Source of the DNA: Candidatus Saccharimonadota bacterium
Lineage (GTDB): Bacteria > Patescibacteriota > Gracilibacteria > BD1-5 > UBA2023
Reading direction: 5' to 3'
Length of the DNA stretch: 32,000 bases
Assembly (NCBI GenBank): GCA_046350815.1
Contig: JAXLZO010000001.1
Span: 750,001 to 782,000 of the forward strand
The position numbers were made by a program, and so were the translations under genes. Under the pieces are notes generated by a model that searched no databases, was not told where the DNA came from, and was given only the letters and a program-made list of their open reading frames with translations. Shown here piece after piece: positions 8,603-17,242 of this stretch. Within the stretch, counting starts at the first letter, position 1; each line of letters begins with the position of its first letter.

Positions 8603-8761
8603 GATACACCTCTTTTTTTGTTTATGACTTCGTATATAGTATATAAATTTCAATATTTGTAAATAATCGAATATACATTCATGATAAAAGCCCCGTTTCC
8701 TTTTGGGATTTGGGGCTTTGATTGTATCGCAAGATGGTCCCTTGCGAGGATTTGTCTGCGA

Positions 8762-9754
8762 TTATTGGTTGAGAAGCTCCAGTAGTCCTTCAGATTCCTG
8801 CAAGAGGTTGCTGAAGAATTTTACATTTCCGTACCAGCTCGGACCGGATGTGCAGGCGATCGCCACACAGTCTTTTTCGAAGTATTTGGCAGCATCGTCG
8901 CCAGAGAAGATCCCGCCGCATCCGACGATATCCATGTGAGCGGTCAGACCATTCATCACCAGCTGATCGATCAGATTCAGGTTATGATGGCGGAGGATTG
9001 TTCCGGAGAGTCCACCGCGGTTGTGCTGTGTACTGCCATCAGGGTTTTTGACGACGAGAGCATCACCGTAGCTGACATTTGGTATGGTGTTGCTCATGAC
9101 GACTGCTTGGATCGTCGTGGCATGTTTGATGAGTGTTTCCGTGAGCTCATCGATGAACCAGTCCGAAACGGTGGGTGTATGGGTGAAATCCAGATGCGGG
9201 TGATCTTCGGCGAACCATGCAAGCTCGCACGGAGACATGTACGGCGACAGTTTCAGCCAGATCGGCTTATCGAATTCAACTTTCTTGATCTCCTCAAGGA
9301 GGTAATCAAGATCATCGATCGCATACGCCACCGGAAGATGCCCGGTATTCGGGCAGCCACCATTGATTTCAACACCTGCGATGCTCTCATTGCCTTTCAG
9401 CATGTTCAGCATTTCGATGTACTCACTCGCCTTGAATCCGGCGATGGAGATGATTATCGGTCGTGTCGGATTGGATGGGAGCAACTTGATTGCTTCGGTG
9501 AGGCCAATGTTCGGCATGCCGAGTGCGTTCAAGCCAAAACCTTCCTGGGTGAGGCGACCAAAATCTTCCGGCCAGACCAAGTTACCTTGATTCCCGAGCC
9601 TTTCCTGTAAAGTGAACGAACCCAACACAACAGCTCCTAACTGTGCATCGGGATGAAGAAATTGCTTTGCTTGAAGCGGATGTTTTGCAACACCGGCACC
9701 AAGAATCAATGGTATCGACATTTTGATACCGCCAACTATGATTTTCTCTGCCAT
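8762..9754 (-). CDS. dihydroorotate-dehydrogenase-family (class-1-like) flavoenzyme, 330 aa
   Basis: Uninterrupted 330-codon ORF with no TGA and stop TAA. GGAG lies 8 nt upstream of the ATG. Motifs GFGLNALGMPNIG, IIISIAG, VEINGGCPNTGH (N-x-x-C-P-N active-site type) and DIVGCGGIFSGDDA are typical of DHOD-like TIM-barrel enzymes. Hand-counted 100-nt samples gave 42% and 56% G+C, against 35% in the methyltransferase gene. Confidence 0.8.
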   Translation of the reverse strand: MAEKIIVGGIKMSIPLILGAGVAKHPLQAKQFLHPDAQLGAVVLGSFTLQERLGNQGNLVWPEDFGRLTQEGFGLNALGMPNIGLTEAIKLLPSNPTRPIIISIAGFKASEYIEMLNMLKGNESIAGVEINGGCPNTGHLPVAYAIDDLDYLLEEIKKVEFDKPIWLKLSPYMSPCELAWFAEDHPHLDFTHTPTVSDWFIDELTETLIKHATTIQAVVMSNTIPNVSYGDALVVKNPDGSTQHNRGGLSGTILRHHNLNLIDQLVMNGLTAHMDIVGCGGIFSGDDAAKYFEKDCVAIACTSGPSWYGNVKFFSNLLQESEGLLELLNQ

Positions 9755-10015
9755 GGACTTTCTCCGGTTTTCGACCTTGGAAATTGGGAATGAAACCGAT
9801 TGATACCGTAGCGAATAGGTTGCCCTACCACCACGATAACTAATTATTTATATACAAATAATATACTATGTCAAATAAAGAAAATTTTCTGTATAGCGGA
9901 TTAAATACAAAGTCATCCCATAAAATACACCAGACTTAATTTCTACTTTTAATGAAATGCTATACAATAAGGATATCTACAATATACAACCTTTCATTCT
10001 TTTTCTTGCGCTATT

Positions 10016-10552
10016 ATGAAATATTTATGCCTCATATTCTTCACTCTTTTTATTTCTGCGTGTAGTACTTCTGAGATGCGAACCACACAGTCCACGGAGA
10101 AATCTGCTCGTTCTTCCGGAACACTCTCTGATCCATATGAGATAGGATCAGTCGATACAGCATTCAAGATTCTCTGACCAGATCATAAAATAGAGGTAGG
10201 ATGAGTGCCAGATCCAAAAGTGAGTGGAGTTACATGCTTTTATAGTCGAGCCAAGAAGGGTGGTGTAACTGGTGCTGTTGGTATAGCTGAAGATACGAGC
10301 GACGCATCAGTCGCATGTCGTCAAACCAGTGATATTGCCTTCAAAGAAGCTATTGAACCAGTTGAAGAAATATGGAAAGAATCCACGAGTTTCTTCTTTA
10401 AAAAACTCCGAATCATCCGTTTCTACGATGCTAACTCCAACAGTCTGATTTATCTTGTCTATTCCGATAAGCTCATAGATGGATCTCCTAAAAACAGTAT
10501 ATCTGCTGTTCCACTGAATAGTATAACACCTCAAATGAAAGAGAGTAAATAA
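10016..10552 (+). CDS. creA: CreA-family lipoprotein, 178 aa
   Basis: ATG 10016 to TAA 10550-10552, extending track ORF 10205..10552 through two TGA codons. Lipobox LFISAC, then [62 protein letters not shown]...RFYDANSNSLIYLVYSDKLIDGSPKNSISAVP, which closely parallels E. coli CreA. Confidence 0.8.
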
Positions 10553-10736
10553 TAGGTTTTTTAATATTTCTTATCAGAATAACCTGGAAAAAACACCAGA
10601 AAATATTCAAAATCCAGAGAAGAAAAAAATCTGAAGACCAAGAAAACAGCATCTTTAAGCTCCCCGAAAAAGTTCGATTCCTACCTGCTATGCAGTCAGA
10701 TCATCACAGAAATATATATCATGACTACAAAAATAC

Positions 10737-10780
10737 ATAAATAAAGGGATTCTCCAAATATGGAGAATCCCTTTATTTAT
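10737..10780. terminator. bidirectional intrinsic terminator
   Basis: A ~20-bp perfect stem ATAAATAAAGGGATTCTCCA / TGGAGAATCCCTTTATTTAT with loop AATA lies between convergent creA and the repeat-protein gene. Confidence 0.65.
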
Positions 10781-10897
10781 GTGGAAAACGCACATTATGT
10801 GAAACGCAGGTTTCAAGGTCTGCGAGCTCGGTTTTATATGGCTGATAGTTCTCGAAGAAGTTAGAGACTCTTTCCTCCTCACTTCTCACTTAAAGAT

Positions 10898-12142
10898 CTA
10901 GTGTTTATATGTCCAAGGTACAGAAATCTTTCCTTGTCTCCACTTCCTACATCCATCGAGGGGATCCGAAATATTATTCACCGCAAAATAAAGCTTCACC
11001 CCTCTCCCAAAATTCTCTCGTACTTCCTCAAGTGTAATTCAGAGTTCCTTCATAATCGCTTCATCACTCAAAGTCTCATCAAGGTGCTTCTTCACTCTGA
11101 GAATCGCCCCCATAGGATCTCCTATATTATTCACCGCAAAATGAAGCTTCACCCCTCTCCCAAAATTCTCTCGTACTTCCTCAAGTGTAATTCAGAGTTC
11201 CTTCATAATCGCTTCATCACTCAAGGTCTCATCGAGGTGCTTCTTCACTCTCCGAAGTGCCCCCATAGGATCTGAAATATTCCCAACAGCAAAATGAAGC
11301 TTCATCCTTCTTCCAAAATTCTCTCGTACTTCCTCAAGTGTAATTCAGAGTTCCTTCATAATCGCTTCATCACTCAAAGTCTCATCAAGGTGCTTCTTCA
11401 CTCTCTGAAGCGCCCCCATAGGATCTGAAATATTCCCAACAGCAAAATGAAGCTTCATCCTTCTTCCAAAATTCTCTCGTACTTCCTCAAGTGTAATTCA
11501 GAGTTCCTTCATAATCGCTTCATCACTCAAAGTCTCATCAAGGTGCTTCTTCACTCTCTGAAGCGCCCCCATAGGATCTGAAATATTCCCAACAGTAAAA
11601 TAAAGCTTCACCCTTCTCCCAAAATTCTCTCGTACTTCCTCAAGTGTGATTCCAAGCTCTTGAGCTATCATGGAATCATTTGAGAAGTATTGAGCAATAA
11701 AATCCTCATCCCAGAATTGTGCTATTCTGGAGGTATTTTTCTCATTTTCCATCTTATTTGATCTCATATATAGTCGTATACTCTCATAGTTACAGACAAA
11801 TGCTTCATAGAGAGCCGTAGCATCCTCAGAAGAAAGTTCTGATTTGGTATACTTCTTATATTTTTTACAAAAATCTTGAAAAGCTTCTCTCATTTCACTC
11901 TCTATTTCCTCTTGTTTTCCTTTCATCCAAGAGACACTCTGAAAAGAGTGTTTATGAATAATTCATTGAACATCTGCTTGTATCTTTGGAAGATTTCATC
12001 CATTCGGTTTTCCTTGCTCAGTATTTTCTCTCATACCCTCTCGCATAGCTTCTTGAGAGGTGTGGAGTGCCCTCATTGCTTCTTGTTTTTGATCGAGTAT
12101 ATTTGTCTCTCCTTGGGAGACAGGTGCATTGTTGGCATTCAT
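10898..12142 (-). CDS. tandem-repeat protein with five 51-aa HTH-like modules, 414 aa
   Basis: One frame is open from ATG 12142 to TAG 10898-10900, with all triplets 10898-12190 checked. Track ORF 11498..11926 is the middle piece. The repeat unit is ELGITLEEVRENFGRRxKLxFAVGNISDPMGALQRVKKHLDETLSDEAIMK. Confidence 0.75.
10961..11659. repeat. tandem direct repeat, period 153 bp, about 4.6 copies, coding
   Basis: The landmark AAAATTCTCTCGTACTTCCTCAAGTGT recurs at 11009, 11162, 11315, 11468 and 11621, an exact 153-bp spacing. The copies are near-identical. Confidence 0.9.
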
Positions 12143-12367
12143 AGAATTGCTTTGATATATGTTAGAGTTATTTCTATCACTGTTATGTTAGCATATAAAT
12201 AATATATAGTCAATATTAATAATTCATATTCAATACAAACAATCGATAGTCAATCTCTACTATCCAATATAAATGAATACTACATACTATGTTATATACC
12301 CATACTCCAGGTTCATATCCAAAACACCCTCCTCTCAATAAATCACTCAAACCTATAAAACCATAAA

Positions 12368-12403
12368 AAGAAAGAGTTCTCCTACAATGAAGAACTCTTT
12401 CTT
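12368..12403 (-). terminator. intrinsic terminator downstream of tRNA-Gln
   Basis: 13-bp stem AAGAAAGAGTTCT / AGAACTCTTTCTT with a 10-nt loop, followed on the minus strand by CTTTTTATGGTTTTAT. Confidence 0.5.
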
Positions 12404-12497
12404 GAAATATATCTTTCTCTTGATTGGTATCTTGTTTTTTAGCTCTCCACTCATTTTCTAAAACAAGCACTGCTCAAAGAAGATTTTGTATGTTATA

Positions 12498-12571
12498 TGG
12501 CTGGGATACTAGGATTCGAACCTAGGATGCCGGATTCAGAGTCCGGAGCCTTACCGCTTGGCGATATCCCA
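12498..12571 (-). tRNA. tRNA-Gln (anticodon CUG), CCA encoded
   Basis: The reverse complement is TGGGATATCGCCAAGCGGTAAGGCTCCGGACTCTGAATCCGGCATCCTAGGTTCGAATCCTAGTATCCCAGCCA. It has a 7-bp acceptor stem, anticodon stem CCGGA/TCCGG with loop CTCTGAA, and T-arm GGTTCGAATCC. It closely parallels E. coli tRNA-Gln. Confidence 0.95.
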
Positions 12572-12750
12572 AAATAATGCCCGATAGCGAGTGAATTGTA
12601 TACAAAATGAACAAAACGCAAGTGAATTCTTTCTGAATAATTCGACAAGTTTCAATATGGGATTATCATAGCCCCACTTTATTTGAATGATTCTTTTCAA
12701 AGATTTCTTGCAATGAATTTTTTGAGAAAAGATCCTTTCTTCTTGTATCT

Positions 12751-13053
12751 ATGTTTGAACGAATTATTCTGAGTCTCCTCGGTTTTGCAGCAGGGGTTGC
12801 TCTGATGAAATACAGAAAGCAAGTCTATGACTTCACTGGTCCATTTGGATGGGCAGAACGATATATGTGATCTGGTGGTACTGCGACCGCAATCGTACTT
12901 TTTGGGTTTGCGAGCATTGTTCTCTCAATCCTCTATCTTTTTGGATATTTTCAGGTTGGTATGCCAACTGATATGCAAAATCCAAGCACTCCAACTCAGA
13001 ATTCTGTATCGAACCCAATTTCATTCCTTTCATCTCCCTCTCTTTTTATCTAA
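12751..13053 (+). CDS. small two-TM membrane protein, 100 aa
   Basis: ATG 12751 to TAA 13051-13053 with one TGA read as Gly (..AERYMGSGGTATAIVLFGF..). The stop overlaps the start of the next gene (TAATG). Confidence 0.55.
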
Positions 13054-14624
13054 TGCCTTCTTTTTCACGTATCCTTGCGTCAACCGTTTCTATCGTTTTT
13101 GTTACGGTATCTCTATTTACCCCGATTTCTGGTCTTCAAGCAGCTGAGATACGGGCAAAAAGCTTTGAGCAACCAAAAAATATAACAACCCTATATAGCG
13201 CCCGTCATGGAAATATGTCGGTCGAGCAATTCTTGATTGCTTACTATGAGATTCTTGCAGAGAATATCAATCTCCCAAAGAGTTCTGAATTTATCAATCT
13301 TAAAAATAATCAAGCAAAGCCCGATACACCACTCTATCGCGCACTTCAGAAAGGTGTGATGATGGGTATTGTCAAGAATCAAGATACACAATACAGCCTC
13401 AAAGCAAGGATGAAACAAGATCTATTTGCTCGAATGGTTGAGAGGGATCTTGGGAGCAAACTTAATATCACCAAGTGAGCACCGCTTACTTATGGGATGC
13501 TTACTGATACGCTTATAGATATCATCGTTCCAACTGACACGATCGCAAATCATACATCTTCGAATACGGAATGATCTCAAAAAGATGATACACCACTTTT
13601 GACCAAAGTTCGTTCTATTTTAAAGTCAAGTTACTATCATGCTCAAGATGTATCGGATGATAAAAAATTGGAACATGATGCGATTCGTGGTATTGTTGAC
13701 GGATTATGAGATCCATACAGTGATTTTTATGAGTGAGTGCAGAATACAAATCTCAAGACACTGCTCGAGGGAACACTTGTTGGAGTTGGGATGATCATGG
13801 AAAAATGAAATCAATATTATCGCGTCAATCAGGTTATCAAGTGATCACCTGCAGAGCGCGCTGGAGTCATCGCTGGTGATCTCATTAAGAAAGTGGACGA
13901 TGTTGATGTGAATATCAAAGCGTTCACTATGGAAGAGGTAGTTGCGAAAATTCGAGGAGAAGAGAACACTTCCGTTCGTATTGAATTTGATCGTGCTGGA
14001 GTTACTCTCGCAAAAACCATTATCCGAGCAAAAATTGAGGTACCAAATGTGTCATCCAAGGTTGTTAATGACTCATTCGGATATATTGATATTCGGATGT
14101 TTCCTATGGATATTCATACCAATGAGGTCTCATCTGCTCTTGAGCAATTCAAAACAGGAGGAATCAAAAAAATCATCATTGATCTACGTGGAAATCCAGG
14201 AGGAAGCATCGAGAGTTATCGGAGTATTGCATGACTTTTTGTTGTGGAAGATACGATTATCAATCATTTTATAACGAGACAATGAACACAGACGTATACA
14301 TCGAATGGTGATGGTCGATTTGCAAAAACATTTAATAAAATTATCATTCTTGTGGATAAGAATACAGCATCTGCTTCTGAAATGCTCTCACTGACACTTC
14401 GAGAATACTTAGGAGCGATCGTAGTAGGGGAGAAAACCTATGGAAAATGAGTTGCTCAGCAAATCATCGATCTTCCGGATGGTACCACATTTAAATTCAC
14501 TTTTGCAGAGTGGCTCTCTGGAAAAAAATCTACATCTATTAATAAGGTTGGTATCCTCCCTGATATTGTAGTACCAGTTGTGAGTGGTGAGGATAGTATT
14601 CTTAAAAAGGCTCTCGAACAATAA
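13053..14624 (+). CDS. ctp: carboxy-terminal processing protease, peptidase S41 with PDZ domain, 523 aa
   Basis: Track ORFs 13053..13478 and 13893..14234 are joined in one frame, every triplet checked, ending at TAA 14622-14624. Signal peptide present. Motifs DPYSDFY, GVGM, PAERAGVIAGDLI (PDZ), IIDLRGNPGGS, TASASE and GEKTYGK[TGA]VAQ, with the TGA on the conserved Gly of the S41 G-K-G motif. Confidence 0.9.
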
Positions 14625-14647
14625 TAGTTTTCTTATTTCCCATTCCC

Positions 14648-16246
14648 ATGAAAAAAATTCTCGCGATTCTGGCATTAGCATCTCTTGCATTTAGCTCGAC
14701 TGCACAGGCGGCTATTTCTTATGAGTCAAGCCAAAAAAAATATGATTATAAATCTATTGATTGACTCCCTCAGGAGGCTATCAATTACTACGAATATATT
14801 GATCAGGATCTCAAAGTACAATATAAGAGTCAATCCATCCGTGATCGTTACTACAAGGAGGCACAACAACTTGCACACTCTGATAAGAAAAAAGAATTTG
14901 TCATCTCAAAGGAAGATCGTGCCATCGTAGAGAAGGATATTCTTGCTATTCAGACAGATATTGCTCAGACTCTTGAGAGTGCTCTCGAGAGTACCTCAAA
15001 AACTCTGACATCAGATAATATCAAGCAAACTGGAAAATATAGCTTTGCCATCACATCACCGTATGGTGTTCTCGATATGAAGCTCAATCCTGTATCTACC
15101 TATCTCTCCCGTGTAAAATGAGAACTTAGTTTTGAATCGACGATGAAAACTGAGCTCAAAATCCCAAACAAAAGCATCAATGAAATGGCGAGTTCTCTGA
15201 GCCTTACTGGTTCACCTCTTGCTAGCGATGGTCTCACACAGATAAATGTATTTGTAGAAATGAGCATGCTTATCAAGGGTGATAATATCTATATGACGAT
15301 CAAAAATTTTGATCTCACGAGCAGTGATCCTCGTATCAAATCTCTCATGCAGTATGTGACACCGTACGTTGGTACGACCTATCATGCGACTGGGGGAAAA
15401 CAGGCAATGCGATCAGCTCAGGAAGTAGATGTACAATCAATTACTAAGGATCTTCGGCTGATTCTTGATGGAATGAAAACAAAGCCCTATCTTGTTCCAT
15501 ATCGTAAGGTCGATGCGAATACTTTTGCACTTCGTGGAAATGCAAGCGAGTGGAAATCTCTGCGAAAAAAGATTGTTAATCGTGACCTTCGAGAGCTTGT
15601 CCCAAGTGCAAATTTTCATGATTATAACAATCTTGTTTATACCAAATGAGCAATACTCATCAAGCCCCCAAAAGGATCAAAACTTCAATGATCACTCAGT
15701 CTTTCGCTCGATAATGATCAGCACGCTGTTCTAAAGGGTTTGCTTACACAAAATACAAAGAAATCAAACAAAAAAAGTTATGAGAATAGTTTTCAAGTAG
15801 AAATTTCGCATAAAGTATTTTCTCTCAATCTACACTCAGATGAAGTCGATGCTCGAATCAAGAGTGATTACAAAGTCATCGATGGGTCTATCACGACGTA
15901 TAATATTTACTGATCTCCTCGAGCTATCGATCAATCCATAGTAATCACGGGAAATATGTCATATTCTCATGGAGTAAGTCATTTTGATATGAGTGTTTCG
16001 AATCAAGACAATATCCGTGGATCTCTCCGGTATGATATGGCATCGAAGAATGAAAAAAATCAAGTCAATACAACGATAACATTTGATATCCCAGCAGCAG
16101 CATTCACACAATACGCTGAGTATATGTCAGAATATGCTCATGCGAATCTTCCGAAAGATATCCATTTTGAATCCGTATCGGAGTGGATCGAAGAAGTGAC
16201 AACTATGATAATCGAAAAACCGAAGTCATACGTTGAACTCAACTAA
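14648..16246 (+). CDS. secreted hypothetical protein, 532 aa
   Basis: ATG 14648 with signal peptide MKKILAILALASLAFSSTAQA. Track ORFs 15143..15649 and 15956..16246 are in the same frame, and the gaps contain only TGA. Stop is TAA 16244-16246. Confidence 0.65.
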
Positions 16247-16282
16247 AAAATTCCTTACTCTTGCAAGAGTAAGGAATTTTTT
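16245..16282. terminator. bidirectional intrinsic terminator
   Basis: AAAAAATTCCTTACTCTT / AAGAGTAAGGAATTTTTT forms a perfect 18-nt arm pair between convergent genes. Confidence 0.7.
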
Positions 16283-16296
16283 AGTCTATGCTTGTG

Positions 16297-16998
16297 TTAT
16301 GGTCGTATGGAGCAAAACTCTACAAATGGGCTTGCTGCATTTCGTAATTGTATCAGATCATCGTGAGAGAAACTCTTTCCATAAAAATGAGGATCGAGAA
16401 TTTTACCAGTTCGAAAATTTTGTAAGATATATTTTTTCGCTCAATGTATGTTTTGCGCAATCACTGCTATATCATCAGGAGTATGTACTCATTGAATAAC
16501 AGTGGTTCGAAACTCATATTCCATCTGCGATCTTATGATGAGGCTAATACTCTCACTGTATTGCTTGATCGGTATGCTGACATTGGTTATTTTACCATAT
16601 TGTTCAAACGTATGTTTGATATCCATAGCAATATAGTCCACGAGTTTTTCCTGTATGAGATACCTGAGCATGGTAGAATTACTCCCATTGGTATCAAGCT
16701 TGATGAGGAGTCAGAGGTCTTTAATTTTTTTCGCAAATTCTGGTAGATCTTTGTGAAGGGTTGGTTCACCACCACAAATAACAACCCCGTCAATAAAACT
16801 CTTTCGTTCCTCAAGAAATGCAAAAAAGTTTTCTTCGGGAATAAGATCATCCATCCTCTTTTCTACTTCGTTCGGAAGAACAAATTCTGGATTATGACAA
16901 AAACCACAACGAAGATTACAACCAAGAGTAAAAATAATGGTTGCAACTTTGCCTGGATAATCTAAGAGCGTTGTCTTCTTGATTCAGGATATGAGCAT
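16297..16998 (-). CDS. nrdG: anaerobic ribonucleoside-triphosphate reductase activating protein (radical SAM), 233 aa
   Basis: ATG 16998 to TAA 16297-16299, all triplets checked. Motifs TLGCNLRCGFCHNPE (CxxxCxxC), VVICGGEPT and KLDTNG. Four TGA read as Gly. The start lies 1 nt after the nrdD-frame stop. Confidence 0.9.
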
Positions 16999-16999
16999 A

Positions 17000-17215
17000 T
17001 TAGATGGTAGAACTTTGTTCTTTTATTGGTCCAAATTTTTGAATGAACTGAGAATTGAAGCTCACTGATTCACAGAAATAATTGCGTGAATAGAATTCTG
17101 ATTTCTTGCCATTATTAAATTGGCTCACAGGGCGATAGTATCACATAACTCGGGTGTATATTTCACATTTTGTGCGAGTTATTTCTTGTCATTGATCGTT
17201 GATAAATGGTTGCAT
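17000..17215 (-). CDS. glycyl-radical C-terminal module of NrdD, separated from the main ORF by an in-frame TAA (71 aa if started at ATG 17215)
   Basis: Same frame as nrdD. MQPFINDQGQEITRTKCEIYTRVM[G]YYRPVSQFNNGKKSEFYSR carries the class III RNR glycyl-radical motif RV.GY.RPV. Ends at TAA 17000-17002. Whether it is translated separately, by readthrough, or not at all cannot be told from sequence. Confidence 0.45.
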
Positions 17216-17242
17216 AGGAGTGAAAGTAAAAAAGAATAACTC

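Noticed and set aside
8848-9610. Plus-strand ORFs 8936..9610, 8848..9051 and 9363..9590 inside the GC-richer segment
   Set aside because: They are antisense shadows of the DHOD-family gene. Long antisense ORFs are expected at higher GC, and no motifs are recognisable.
10688-10882. Track ORF 10688..10882(-), 64 aa
   Set aside because: It reads straight through the 20-bp terminator hairpin at 10737-10780 and has no supporting features.
10961-11659. CRISPR array or non-coding satellite
   Set aside because: The copies are contiguous with no spacers. The period of 153 bp is a multiple of 3 and the repeats lie in one open frame of a 414-aa protein.
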